A program made the position numbers and the translations under genes. This document shows, piece by piece, positions 12,502 to 23,963 of a stretch of 64,000 nt of DNA (within the stretch, counting starts at the first letter, position 1; every line of letters starts with the position of its first letter). Under the pieces are notes generated by a model, which saw only the letters and a program-made list of their open reading frames with translations, did no database searches and was not told the origin of the DNA. Source of the DNA: Plasmodiophora brassicae (taxonomy: Eukaryota); contig CP145410.1 in assembly GCA_036867785.1 (NCBI GenBank), forward strand, positions 372,001-436,000, written 5' to 3'.

Positions 12502-13603
12502 TTATCGCGTCACGCGCTGTCGCTGCGATCGCAGATGCGCGAGTTCCGACTGGGCGTCGTCCAGCTGCTGGAGGATCTCGAGCAGACGTTCGTGGACGGA
12601 TTGCGACGTGCCCTGGTCGAGCTGGTCAATGAGTTTCGCGGACCGGACGGTCAGCTTGCGGACGGAGCTTTCGAGGCGCGATACGCGATCGGGTAGCAGT
12701 GCATGGCGCGCCGGTAACGATGCGTGCGGCTGGCGCGTTTTCGTCTTCCGGCATCGCTGCTTCAGCACCGATTTGCTGTACATCATCAGGAGCTGCTCCA
12801 GGCGGTCGCATCGCGCTTTCAGCAGCTGGCATGCGTCATCGGCCTGCGTTCCTCGTAGGAGCCTGACGATCTCCTCGTCATCCCTGTCGCGATCTTTGGC
12901 GTCGGCAAACCGCGTTGCCGACGTTACGCTGGAAATGGGCAGCGGGGTCGCGCTGGCGATAGGTACGTAGGCGATGGGTACAGGAGTAGGTGACGGCGCC
13001 ATGTAGGCCCGTCTGGAGAGAGCAGGAGGTGGCGAATAATGGACATCAGACGAGTCGGGTTCCGGGTCCGTCTGGGTCCCTGTGGTGTACGATTGCTTCG
13101 GGCGGGACACGTTCGACAGTTCAGCGCGGGACTCATCGAGATTCTGGGATAGTGCTTCAGCTGCCTGAGTACTGGCGTGCAGGCGCGCCTTCAGGTCCTT
13201 GACCTGCCGCTTGCAATCGGCGAGCTCAAGACGCAGACCTGGACGGTTGGTATGAGACGCCGAGTGACAAGAAGGCGCAACAGCTGAGAGGATGTACCGT
13301 CCGCTTCCTTGACCGATCGGTCGAGTTCGTCCAGAGCCGACCGATTATGCGTCGTCAGGCGCTGAACGTCGGCATCATGCGATGCTCGCGATCTTTGCAG
13401 GTCGTCGTGGGCGCGGCGCAGGTCGTCGGCGTACCGGGCGGCATCGCGATCCCGGTCAAGCTGCGCCTCCTTCACCTTCGTCTGCAGCACGCGAAGTGCC
13501 GCAACGGCCGCTGGGCACAACGCACCTGCTCAGCACCATGCAGGCCGCTCCTACGTCGTCGCATCGAACCTTTCGACGAGATCTGGGTCGGCATGCCCAT
13601 CAT
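12502..13603 (-). CDS. Coiled-coil protein, possibly Cep57/Ppc89-like centrosomal
   Basis: AVAALRVLQTKVKEAQLDRD resembles the Cep57 N-terminal coiled coil. Pro-rich linker and C-terminal coiled coil; spliced. Confidence 0.45.
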
Positions 13604-13842
13604 CGTGCTAGCCCAACCCAAGACCCTTGATTATTATCGATGTGGTACGCCCTCCAGATCGCACTCTGCTCCGACCGATTTCCCCCTGCGCTCAGACTTA
13701 GCCAGTTTGAACGTCAGCGTTCAGGGCAGGTGGCACAAAGAACGGGGGGCACGACACGATCGGCTCATTCCCTCCGGCTCCTGCTCTTCGAGCTGGTGGT
13801 TCCCCCAAATTAGATGCTTCGTTGCGGCATAGCGGTGGCGGC

Positions 13843-16206
13843 ATGGTTGGCGCAGGCGTTGCCCGGAGCGCAGGTCGTCGCTTGCGCGCACCACGAGGAG
13901 TCGCGACCCGGGCCAACGCCCAGCACGTGGTAGCATTTAACGGTCAGCGGTGCAGCACGCCGTCCTCCCTGTTCGCGTCGTTCGCCAGGTCGCCCTCGAT
14001 TGGCCTGGCCGTTCGGGTGCTGATGGGCGAGGACGACCCAGATCGCGGATGGAGCGTGTATCAACGCGTCATGCAGGCAGGCGATACGCCTGGGCTTCCG
14101 TTCTTCCAGTCAATGATGATATTCTGCCTGCGCCACGTTCCCGGGAAGGCACCGGACGTCCTCCAGGCGGCATATGCTCGTGGCCTGCCGATCACTGAGA
14201 AGCTCTTCGCCATATTCCTCACCGCTTGTCACAAGACGGACCCGCCGCTCATGCGCCAGGCCCTCGACCTGTACTCGAGATGCGGACCGGTCACCCACGA
14301 TGTCCTCTACAAGCTGGCGAACCTATGCCGAGTCTCAAAGTACCCCGGATCGGCCCTGTTTCTCGTGCCCGTCGCCGTCCGACACGGCGTCGAGTTCTCT
14401 GAAAAGCTTCTGTCCCTGTTCGCCGCTTGCTGCGCCGAATCGGCGTGCCTCGAGGCGGCCGACACCGCAGAACGGCTTCTGAACCTGGTCCACTCGAGGA
14501 CAATCACCCCACACGCCAACTACCAGCTGTATTCGAACCTGATCAAACCGCTGCTAGCACAAGGACGGGTGGATGCAGCGGTGAACGCACACACCCTGAT
14601 GGAATCGATTGGTCTCCCACCGACGGTGCACACGTACACACACGTGCTCGACGCCCTTGCGAAGGCAGGTCGCGTTGCCGATGCCATGTCGCTGTTCCAG
14701 ACCATGGTGAGGCGAAAGATCCCTGTCGCTGTCCCCGTCCTCGCTTGCATGATCGCTGCATGCGGCCGATGTTTCGCTCTAGAGTCGGTCCAAGTTCTCC
14801 ATCGGCACGCTCGGGACAATGACCTTCTTCTTCCTAACGACATTGTCGTGTGCGCGCTGATCCTCGCTTACAGTCGGTGCGGAAGCATCGCCGACGCCGG
14901 GCATGTGTTTCAGTCGCGAATTGCATCATCGAGCGGGGTGCCCCATGAGCAGGTGTTCTCTTTCATGATCAGGTCGTACAGTGAGCATCGCATGATCGAC
15001 GAGCAGGCCAAGGCGTTCGCCCAGATGCAATCCCTTGGAGTGACGCCATCACAGCAGACGTTGACGACAATGGCAACCGACCTGGCCAGATGCGCGCGTA
15101 TCGCTGATGCACTGGCTCTGTTCCCCACCATCACCGACCTGAACGTGCCGCTGTTCACGACCCTGATCAGGTCGGTTCCTGGGCACCACCTTCAAACGTT
15201 GCTTGGCTTCGCACAAGGGAGAGACCTGCTGGCGACCGATGACAACGTTGTCAGTGCGTTCATCATCGCGTTCGCGAACTGTGGTCAGCTTCCCAGAGCG
15301 GAGCACGTGTTCCGCACCCGATGCGTTCACGCCATCCCGAACGTCGCCACGTTCAATGCCATGATCGCAGCGTATGCCCAGTTCGGGTGTTTACCGCAGG
15401 CCATGAAGGCGTTCGCCCACATGAAGGCCGTTGATCTGCGACCTGATGCCATCACGATGACCGGCCTCATCGCATCGTGCTCGCACGCCGGCGACGTCTC
15501 TGTCGCCAGTGCCATCCTGGGCGAATTCTCAGCCGGCATGAAGCTTCGTATCCTGTCCGAGCACATCGCCTGCCTTGTCGACCTGCACGGAAGGATCGGC
15601 GACCTGGACGCCGCTGAACGGATTGCTGCGGCCGCGCCGAACGCCGACTCCCGTTCCTGGATATCAATCCTTCGTGCCTGTGCCCATTGCGGCGACCTGC
15701 AACGCGCTGAGCGGATCTTCGCCCGGATCACATCGATCCCTGGCGCCTGCCCACATCTTCCGCACGCCTACGACCTCATGAAGGCCATGCTCTTCGATGT
15801 CGGGCGGGATTCCGATGCCCGCCAATTGCTGGACGAGATGCAAAGCAAAGGCGTTGCAATCGCCGTCGGTCGCACCAGTTTACATCTCGCTGATGGACTG
15901 AAGGACTTCCAGGCGTCCCCGAGCCCCGGCGTCGACCTCACTGCCCTGCTCGACGACGCTACTACTGAAGGGCGTGACGATGGCGACGTTATACACAGCG
16001 AGGTGCTCGCTGTGGCGCATGCACTGTCTGAATTGCCGCCCAGCGAGCCGATTCGGTTGCTGAACGACGGGCGCGTTTGTCGGGATTGTCACCAGATCCT
16101 GAAGCGCGCCTCGTCGGTCTGCGACCGGGACGTGTTCCTTCGGGAGACGGCCGGCCTGCACCATCATTTCCGGAGCGGCGCCTGCTCGTGTGGCGACTAC
16201 TGGTAG
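13843..16206 (+). CDS. PLS-class pentatricopeptide repeat protein with E1-E2-DYW cytidine deaminase domain (intronless)
   Basis: Multiple 35-aa-like PPR motifs, P2/L2/S2/E1/E2-like motifs, HSE...RVCRDCH...HHFRSGACSCGDYW C-terminus, and an Arg/Ala-rich N-terminus. Confidence 0.95.
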   Translation: MVGAGVARSAGRRLRAPRGVATRANAQHVVAFNGQRCSTPSSLFASFARSPSIGLAVRVLMGEDDPDRGWSVYQRVMQAGDTPGLPFFQSMMIFCLRHVPGKAPDVLQAAYARGLPITEKLFAIFLTACHKTDPPLMRQALDLYSRCGPVTHDVLYKLANLCRVSKYPGSALFLVPVAVRHGVEFSEKLLSLFAACCAESACLEAADTAERLLNLVHSRTITPHANYQLYSNLIKPLLAQGRVDAAVNAHTLMESIGLPPTVHTYTHVLDALAKAGRVADAMSLFQTMVRRKIPVAVPVLACMIAACGRCFALESVQVLHRHARDNDLLLPNDIVVCALILAYSRCGSIADAGHVFQSRIASSSGVPHEQVFSFMIRSYSEHRMIDEQAKAFAQMQSLGVTPSQQTLTTMATDLARCARIADALALFPTITDLNVPLFTTLIRSVPGHHLQTLLGFAQGRDLLATDDNVVSAFIIAFANCGQLPRAEHVFRTRCVHAIPNVATFNAMIAAYAQFGCLPQAMKAFAHMKAVDLRPDAITMTGLIASCSHAGDVSVASAILGEFSAGMKLRILSEHIACLVDLHGRIGDLDAAERIAAAAPNADSRSWISILRACAHCGDLQRAERIFARITSIPGACPHLPHAYDLMKAMLFDVGRDSDARQLLDEMQSKGVAIAVGRTSLHLADGLKDFQASPSPGVDLTALLDDATTEGRDDGDVIHSEVLAVAHALSELPPSEPIRLLNDGRVCRDCHQILKRASSVCDRDVFLRETAGLHHHFRSGACSCGDYW

Positions 16207-16355
16207 TATCGTTAACGTAAGATCGCGCCCGCGCCCGTGCCTGTATCCTATTAAAACGGGGGTAGGTGATCGGTCGATGGGGTACCCTTGAGCACTGACC
16301 TCTCTGTATGTGGCGTGTGGTGCCGGTCGACGCCTAGATTGAGTCGCGGGCGCCG

Positions 16356-19300
16356 ATGCCTTCCGCTGATGACAAGGACGACCAGCACGGTCCGTCCCTG
16401 CAGCACGACCATCATCGTCAACAGCAACCATCGCCCCAGGCAGCGGCCGGCGATGGCGCCGAATCCGTGTACGACGACATCTCCAGCGCGTTCGTCGACG
16501 AGATCTTCCGGGCGCGATGCGATGACCTGGGCATCGCACCGTCCCCCGAGGCGTTCCGCCGCTTCGAGACCGTCCTGAAGCGGAAAGTCGTCGACACGAC
16601 GTTCGACATGGCGCAGAACGGGATGGGCCCGGCGTCGGCCGCGTGCATATCGAAGTGGCTGGCCGGCGACGACCTGTTCGACCGGGTCGACCTGTCGCGG
16701 AACGCCATCGGCAACGCGGGTGCCGCCCATGTCGCCGACCTGGTCCGTGCCAACCCGAACCTGACGTCGCTGACGCTTCGGTCGAACGACATCACGGCCA
16801 GCGGTGTCGTCGACCTGGCCGGCGCCCTTTCGACGTCCACGACCATGACGTCGCTGGATCTGTCATCGGACACGGGCTTCCAGAAGAACACGTTGGGCGA
16901 TCGAGGCGCGCAGGCCTTGTCGCAGGCCATCGCCGCCTGCCCGACGTTAACGTCGGTCTCTCTCGGCAACGTCGGGTCGGCCGGCCTGGCCCACGTCTCG
17001 CAAGCCTGCATGGCACGAGTCCAGCACCTGGACCTTCGCGCCAACAACATCGGGGACGACGCGTGTGCGGCCGTGCTCGCACCGCTGGCATCGTCCGCCG
17101 CTCTCACGCACCTGAACCTGTCCAGGAACGCGCTGACCGACGTCGTCACGCCGGCGATCGTGTCCCTGCTGTCGACATCGTCGTCGTCGCTTCGCCACCT
17201 GGATCTATCGCATAACGGGTTGTCGCGCGCGTTCGCCCTCGGCGTGCGTTCCGTGCTCGAGACGCCCGACACGGCCCGCCTGCAGACGCTGATTCTGGAT
17301 GGGAACGCGCGGCTCGGGCAAGGCAAGGGCCACACGCCCCTGATCCAGGGGTGCATGCGCCACCCCTGGCTGACGACGTTGTCGCTGGTGCGCTGTGCGG
17401 TCAAGGACTGCTCGACGATCGCCCAGATGCTGAAGGAGAACACGGTCCTGCAACGCCTGTACCTGGCGCAGAACGCCATCGACGACGACGACGCCGTCGG
17501 GATCGGCAAGGCGCTGGCTGGCAATGCGGCGCTCGTCGTCCTGGACCTCAGCGAGAATTCCGTTGGGGACGCGGCCGGGGTCGCCATTGCGGACGGCCTG
17601 TCGACGAACACGACGCTGCAGGAGCTCGTCCTGAAAGACAACTCGCTGACGGACGTGACGGCGACGGCCATCCTGGCAGCGATCCGGTCGCCATCGGCGG
17701 CGTCGTCCCTGAACAGGCTGTCGCTGCGGTTGAACAGCGTGTCGCTGAAGGTGTGGGTGGACCTGGAGGCGGCGCTTCGCGCCAACCGGAACAACCTTCG
17801 CCAGCACATGATTGTCGAGTACCACGGGCAGCTGGCCGACCTGCAGCATCGGGAACGCCAGGCCCGGGAGCGCGTCGAGGCGCTCAGGGCGGAGCTGTCG
17901 GCGCGATCGGCCGCCGACGTCCGCGCCGAGGTCGACGAGGCGCGCGACACGCTGCCGGCGTTCAAGGACGACGAGGAGCGCCAGACGAGGGAGATGCGCG
18001 AGCACGTCCTGCAGGGCAGCAACCGGTGCCGGGCGGCGATCAAGGATGCGACGGCGGCGAAGGACGCGCTGGAGAGCGAGTATCGCCGGGCGTACCGCGC
18101 GTTCGTGTCGCAGTCGCACAAGCTGGACCTGAAGGTCGGCAGCGAGCAGCGCAAGAAGGGCAACGCGTTCCGGGCGCTGCGCAAGCTCCAGAAGGCGGTG
18201 GCGGAGCAGAGCGCGGTCGTTCGGGAGCGGACGCTCCTGCAGCGCGCCCTGGAGCAGCAGTTGCAGGACGAGAGGGACGCGTCGCGGTGGCTGCAGGACG
18301 CCGTCCAGAAGTGGACGGCGAAGATCGAGAAGCTGACGGGGCAGATCACGCTGGAGTACTCGCAGGGCATCCAGACGTACCTGGAGATGCTGGTGCCGGC
18401 GCCGGCCAAGACGACCCGGGTCAAGGCGCGGTGGCAGCGCGTCCGGGAGAAGCGCATGCAGCTGCTGGTCGAGTTCAACGCCGCCGCCTTCATGGCCTGG
18501 TTCCTGGACCCGGCCCGGCCCGCGCCGAACCGCCGGACCGCCTGGCGCGCCGTCGCCGACGCCAACGACCCGAACGCCGGCTACGTCCTGCACGTCAAGG
18601 TGGTGACGAGCGCGGCGGCGCTGGACGCGGGCCGGGCCAAGACGATCCACGCGTCCCACTCGGTCTACTCGATGGCCCTGCACGGCATGGGCCAGCTGAG
18701 CACGATCCTGGTCGCCCTGCACGACCCGGCGCTGGCCACCGAGTTCCGCACCGTCCGCACCGACGTGTCGCACGTCGTCCTGCGCGCCGCCGGCCACGTC
18801 AAGATCGACGACCTGCGCGGCATGATCGCCGGCAAGATCGGCGTCGACGAGGCCGACATCAGCGGCCTGTACCACACGGTCAACCATGCGGGCGGGTGGC
18901 GCGCCGGTGCACGCCGCCTGTCGCGCCGGCGCGCCTCCCTCCACGCCGACGACACCGGCACGGATTCGTCCGACCTCACCGACGACAACGACGACGACGA
19001 CGATGAGGACAACGGCGAGGCGGCGGGCAGTGCCCAGCAGGCGCCCGTCGCGTCGGCCGCGCCGGCGAGCAAGAAGGCGCGCAGGAAGCGGGGCAAGGTT
19101 GTGACCGAGGTGCGGGTGCCCAGTGCGGCGCCGGCGCGGCACGGGACGGCGCTCGAGGAGGTGCAGAACATGTTCCCCGATCCCGAGTCCGATGACGACG
19201 ACGACTCCGACGACGACGACGACGATGGCGGCAACGACGACGACGACGGCGGTAGTGGGCCGCCCGCGCATCGGCGTCAACGTCGCGCCCGATCGGGACG

Positions 19301-20636
19301 CGCTGCGACCCCGGCCCTGCAACGACCCACGCTGGCGTCGCAACGTCGCGGGTCGGATCCGGCGACGGCGCCGACGCCGACGTCGGCGCCGCCCGCCGCC
19401 CGAAGGCATTCGCTGCCGCCCGAGACGGACAAGGCGACGCGGCGGCGGTACGCCGACCTGATGACGTGGTCGTACCATCACTCGCCGATGATCATGATCG
19501 AGCGGCGGCCGCTGGCGCCCGTGGAGACGGGCGGCGGCGCTCGGCCGGACGCGTCGGGCGGTGCTGCTGCGGCTGCTGCTGACGGCGGCGGGGCGGGCGA
19601 CGTCGAGACGCGGCTGCGGTCGGAGCTGGTCACCGCCGAATCGACGCTGGGCCCGATGCACCCGGCCGTGTCGACGACGCTGACGTTCATGGGCGCGTAC
19701 TACTCGCAGATGCATCTGTGGGCGGAGGCGGAGGCGGCGTACCTGCGGGCGTTGCACATCCGGGAGAAGGCGTTCGGCAGGCGGCACCCGCACGTGGCCA
19801 CCGTCCTGCACAGCCTGGCGCAGGTCTACGCCGAGCAGCCCGAGCGCCTCGAGATGGCCGAGCCGTTCCTCGTTCGGGCGATCGCCGTGCGGGAGAAGAC
19901 GCTGGGCCGGCAGAACCCGATCGTGGCGGACAGCCTGACGAGCCTCGGGCGCCTGTACGAGCGCATCGTCCGGTGGCAGGATCGGGCCGAGCCGCTGTTC
20001 GTCCGGTCGTTGACGATCCGGGAGCGGATCTATGGCAAGCGGCACGCGCTCGTGCTCGAGTCCCTGCAGGACCTCGCCCGCGTCTACGAGCGCAAGCAGC
20101 GGCAGTTGAGGAGGCAGCATGAGCATTCCGGTGATGACGACGGGGAAGCGCACGACGGCAACGACCATGGCAACAACGACGACGGCGACGACGACCTGCT
20201 GCCAATCCAGCAGAGGGCAATGGGCGCGCGCCCCCGCGTCCAAGTGTCCAAGCCGGCGCCGTTGGTGTCGGCCACGATGGGCGACCTGAACCCGGCATAC
20301 AAGCTGGACTCGGAGGAAGGGTCGCCGACGATCTACAGGAACACGCTGCGGCCCGCGTTCAGGCCTGTGTCGTTGCGGGTGCACGGCACCACGTCGCAGC
20401 AGGACCGGGCGTCGGCGTACCCGGACGGCGTCCACAGCCACAGCACGCTGGACTTCTCGGATGCGGGCGCCGGTGCCGATGCCACGCCCTGGATCACGAA
20501 GCGGCGCCTGCTGAACGTCAAACCCTGGAACAAGCTGGTCCACACGCAGACGCCGCCCTCGTACACGCTGCCGCGCGTCCAGTTCCAGGGCGGCGGCCCG
20601 CTGTCCTTGCTGAAATCGAACGCATCACAACCATAA
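16356..20636 (+). CDS. Large RNI-like LRR + coiled-coil + acidic linker + kinesin-light-chain-like TPR protein (single ORF, 1426 aa)
   Basis: LxxLxLxxNxIxxxG repeats, and TPR units such as LGPMHPAVSTTL, FGRRHPHVATVLHSLA and LGRQNPIVADSL. Confidence 0.85.
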   Translation: MPSADDKDDQHGPSLQHDHHRQQQPSPQAAAGDGAESVYDDISSAFVDEIFRARCDDLGIAPSPEAFRRFETVLKRKVVDTTFDMAQNGMGPASAACISKWLAGDDLFDRVDLSRNAIGNAGAAHVADLVRANPNLTSLTLRSNDITASGVVDLAGALSTSTTMTSLDLSSDTGFQKNTLGDRGAQALSQAIAACPTLTSVSLGNVGSAGLAHVSQACMARVQHLDLRANNIGDDACAAVLAPLASSAALTHLNLSRNALTDVVTPAIVSLLSTSSSSLRHLDLSHNGLSRAFALGVRSVLETPDTARLQTLILDGNARLGQGKGHTPLIQGCMRHPWLTTLSLVRCAVKDCSTIAQMLKENTVLQRLYLAQNAIDDDDAVGIGKALAGNAALVVLDLSENSVGDAAGVAIADGLSTNTTLQELVLKDNSLTDVTATAILAAIRSPSAASSLNRLSLRLNSVSLKVWVDLEAALRANRNNLRQHMIVEYHGQLADLQHRERQARERVEALRAELSARSAADVRAEVDEARDTLPAFKDDEERQTREMREHVLQGSNRCRAAIKDATAAKDALESEYRRAYRAFVSQSHKLDLKVGSEQRKKGNAFRALRKLQKAVAEQSAVVRERTLLQRALEQQLQDERDASRWLQDAVQKWTAKIEKLTGQITLEYSQGIQTYLEMLVPAPAKTTRVKARWQRVREKRMQLLVEFNAAAFMAWFLDPARPAPNRRTAWRAVADANDPNAGYVLHVKVVTSAAALDAGRAKTIHASHSVYSMALHGMGQLSTILVALHDPALATEFRTVRTDVSHVVLRAAGHVKIDDLRGMIAGKIGVDEADISGLYHTVNHAGGWRAGARRLSRRRASLHADDTGTDSSDLTDDNDDDDDEDNGEAAGSAQQAPVASAAPASKKARRKRGKVVTEVRVPSAAPARHGTALEEVQNMFPDPESDDDDDSDDDDDDGGNDDDDGGSGPPAHRRQRRARSGRAATPALQRPTLASQRRGSDPATAPTPTSAPPAARRHSLPPETDKATRRRYADLMTWSYHHSPMIMIERRPLAPVETGGGARPDASGGAAAAAADGGGAGDVETRLRSELVTAESTLGPMHPAVSTTLTFMGAYYSQMHLWAEAEAAYLRALHIREKAFGRRHPHVATVLHSLAQVYAEQPERLEMAEPFLVRAIAVREKTLGRQNPIVADSLTSLGRLYERIVRWQDRAEPLFVRSLTIRERIYGKRHALVLESLQDLARVYERKQRQLRRQHEHSGDDDGEAHDGNDHGNNDDGDDDLLPIQQRAMGARPRVQVSKPAPLVSATMGDLNPAYKLDSEEGSPTIYRNTLRPAFRPVSLRVHGTTSQQDRASAYPDGVHSHSTLDFSDAGAGADATPWITKRRLLNVKPWNKLVHTQTPPSYTLPRVQFQGGGPLSLLKSNASQP

Positions 20637-20730
20637 TGCAGTTATTATTACTGGGTCGTCGTCGTCGTTCCCCACACATAGGTATACACACACACGTTCT
20701 AGATAGGTGTCGGGTCGCAGGTCCCTTGTG

Positions 20731-23668
20731 TCAGGCGGGGGACAGGTCAGCGGCGGCGTCTGCGTCGACGACCCCGCTGGCCGCCGCCTGATCGGAGACG
20801 ATGCTGCCCGCCCGGGACGCTCTGCGACTGCCCGTCTCCTTGAGCAGGAAGTTCACCCAGAGGTCGGCCAGGTTCTGCGTCTCGGCCGGGTTCCGGGGCG
20901 GGGACGCGTCGTACTCGTCCGCGTCGTACGGTTTCGGTATGAGCGACGAGAACGAGCCGAGCAGGGACCGCGGGCGCTGCGACTGCAGGATCAGCCTCTT
21001 CTGGTCGTCGGTGAACCCCAGCATGCGGATCATGAGGTTGAGGACCTCGTCGGACGCCTTCTTCTCCAGGAACGTGACCAGCAGCTTGTTCACGAGGCGC
21101 CGATCGACCAGGTTCTCGTCCGACGAGAAATTCCTGATCCGGTCGATCGTCTGCTGCATGGCGTGACGGAGCGTGGCGTTGTCGTTCTCGACCTGCAGCG
21201 CGTACTTCCTGGACGACCGCAGGCGCTCCTCGAGCTGGCCAATGTTGTCCTCGGCCTCGCGCAACGACGACGTCACGGCCGACAGGTCGTCGAGCGCCCG
21301 TCGCCCCTCCTCGGCGACCGCCTTCTGCTCCCGAAGCTCGACCCGCAACTGGTCGACCTCGTCGCGCGACTGCGACTGGAACTGGTCTAGCACCATCTGC
21401 AGGTTGTCCATCGCCTGCGCCTGGGCATCGCATTCGGACGTCTTTGCATCCAGCGCCTTCTGCAGCGCGGCGTAGTCGGCGGCCAGCGCCTCAGCCGCGT
21501 CCAGGTCCAGCTGGGCCTGCCGCAGGGCATCCCGTTGCGCCCGCATCTTCTCCTGCATCTCGTTCACGCGCGTATCGCGTTCGGCGACGGCCATCTGGAG
21601 TTCGCGTCGCAGCCGGGCCACCTGCTCGGTCAGCTGTGCCGTGTCCCGCTGCGCCTGGCCGACCCAGACCTCCTGGCGCGATTCCAGTTCGAGTTGCGCC
21701 TTGGTGCGCGCCTCGATTTGCGCGTTCAGCTCCTTGATGATGGCCGCCTTGTCCTGGAGTTCGTCCTGGAGGTCGGCGACGTCGCGCTCGAGCTCACGCA
21801 CACGAGACGTGGACGACGAGTCCCGCTTGCCGACGGAGCTCAACCTCGACTGCAACTCCTCGACTTGCTGGCGAAGCGTCGTCACCTGCTGGGCCGATTT
21901 CTCCTCGTTGGCGAACGCCGCACGACAATCGCTCTGCAGCGTGGCAATCTGGTCGACGACCGATTTGTACTGCGCCTTCAGCGCCGCGTGCACCTGCGAT
22001 AGCTCTCCCAGCTCCTCCTGGGATTGCTCGTAGGCGGCGGCGATCGACGCGGCCTGCTTCTGGGCAGAATGGCAGTCCTCGATCAGCCGGGCGACGCATG
22101 CGACAACGTCTCCATCTTCGGAAACGTCCAGAAGCTCGCGCATCGACGCAAGAACAGAGGAGCGGTCGTCATGCGACACGGCGGACCTTGCCTCCAACTC
22201 GAGCAGCAGCCGGTCGCGTTCAGCAGTTATTTGCTGTAGGTCGCTATCGTCATCTCGTCGGGCATCCAGGTCGGCGCTCAGGCGCGCGCACTCATCGCGA
22301 AGGTCATTGTTCTCCTCGGTCAGCGCATCGAGTTCCCGGCGGAGGCCTTCTGTTTCCGCGGCGACATCGCCGGCGTGCTCGTCCCGGTCCAAGGACGCGG
22401 CCTGAAGCTGACGTCGAAGGCGGTCGCATTCGGCGGACAGGTCGCGATGCTGGGCCTCGGTCGACCTCGTTAGAGACTCGAGCTCGGAACGTAGGCGATC
22501 GCGTTCAGCCACGGCTCCTTGCAGTACTGTTGCATCGGCGACGGATCCATCTACGTCGTCGTCCGTTGTAGGTCGACGGTTCTCACGTTCGCGCGTCCGC
22601 TCGGCATCCAGCTCCCTCTGCAATTCGTCGGCGCGATCGTTCGCCGCCGTTAGGCGTTTCGACAGGTCGTCGTTGCGACTCAACAGGTTACTGGTGTCCT
22701 GGTCCAGAAGCTCGACGTTGGACTGCAACTCCTGGACCGCTCGTTCCCTTTCAGCGAGGTCGGCCCGCAACCGTTGGATTTCGTCCGCTTCGCCCTCGGC
22801 GTCTTCCTGCTGCTTGGCTCTCAACCGGCCAATGACCTGCTGGCCGGCGACGACGCGTTCCTCGCTGTGAGCAAGGTCCTGGGTCAACTTGGCAATCGAC
22901 TCCTCCTTCGTCGACAGCGTCGATTCGAGCTTCCGCAACTGGTCCTGCAACTGGCCGTTGAGCGTCTGGACGAGTAACGCGCCCGCTTTAGATACCGCCA
23001 ACTGGGGCCCACTGCGGTATCCCCTACCTTGAGATGGTCGACGTCGGCAATGTGTTTGCGCTTCTCGACATGGAACTTCCTCGTCAGCGCCGACATCTGC
23101 TCCGACGATTTGATCTTCTGCCGAATGATGGGTTCGGCCACGTGCTCATGGTCGCTGCCGGCGCCGTTCGACACGGGCGACAAGGATCGCGGGGACGCGT
23201 CCGCGATCGACGACGCGACAATGGACCGCGCCTCGGCCAGCATCGCCTGAAGCTCGGCGATCTCCTCCTGCGGGTGTATGGGCGGCCCGTTAGTACATTG
23301 CCATCACGCCGGATGACGACACGCCGTACGTCCTTATCGGCCATCTGCTTGACGAGCGACTCGGCGCGCTGCCGATCCCGATCGTTGAGGCGGTCCAGTT
23401 CGTCACGAGCACGAGACAGCTGCGCATCAAACGGATCGTGAGCAAGGACGCGCGACCATTCGACACTGGCGAACGCCACCTTATCCTGGAGGCGCATGAC
23501 GCGCTCGACCAGCTCGCCCGGGGCGTCGTCGGGGCCGCACTCGGCCGTATCCCCGTCGCTGAAATCGTCATGGTCGCCCCGGTCGCCGTCGAGCAGGTGC
23601 GCGCCCACCTCTTTGGTCAGCTGCGACACGCTCTGGCTGATCGACGACAGGCGGCCCCACATCGACAT
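20731..23668 (-). CDS. Golgin GMAP-210/TRIP11/Rud3-like (long coiled coil, C-terminal GRAB + GA1)
   Basis: VDRRLVNKLLVTFL...EVLNLMIRMLGFTDDQK (GRAB), LADLWVNFLLKE (GA1), and amphipathic N-terminus MSMWGRLSSISQSVSQL. Confidence 0.85.
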
Positions 23669-23963
23669 GGCGCGGCGCGCACCACCGACGGCCACCAACG
23701 CGCGCGCGCCACCCACGGCCCGTCCGCCGGCGTCGTGCAACGCTGCGGTCGGCACCAGAATAGGTAACTGACGGGCACCGCCGCGCGCCTCAGTCCCCGT
23801 CACACGGCGCGCCGCTGCTCCTCGTGAGGTACGTTCGGGAACGGGCGACCTAAACAGTGTTCGGGACACGTTCGACCGCGTCTGGCACCCGGTGCAGATT
23901 CACCGTGCGCCCCTGGCGACGTCATGATGCAACGGTGTGTATTCGCACGAGCAGACAGACACG

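Noticed and set aside
17205-20543. 1112-aa and 715-aa antisense ORFs over the LRR-TPR gene
   Set aside because: These are shadow ORFs from extreme GC3 bias. Their composition is Arg/Val/Ala-rich with no motifs.
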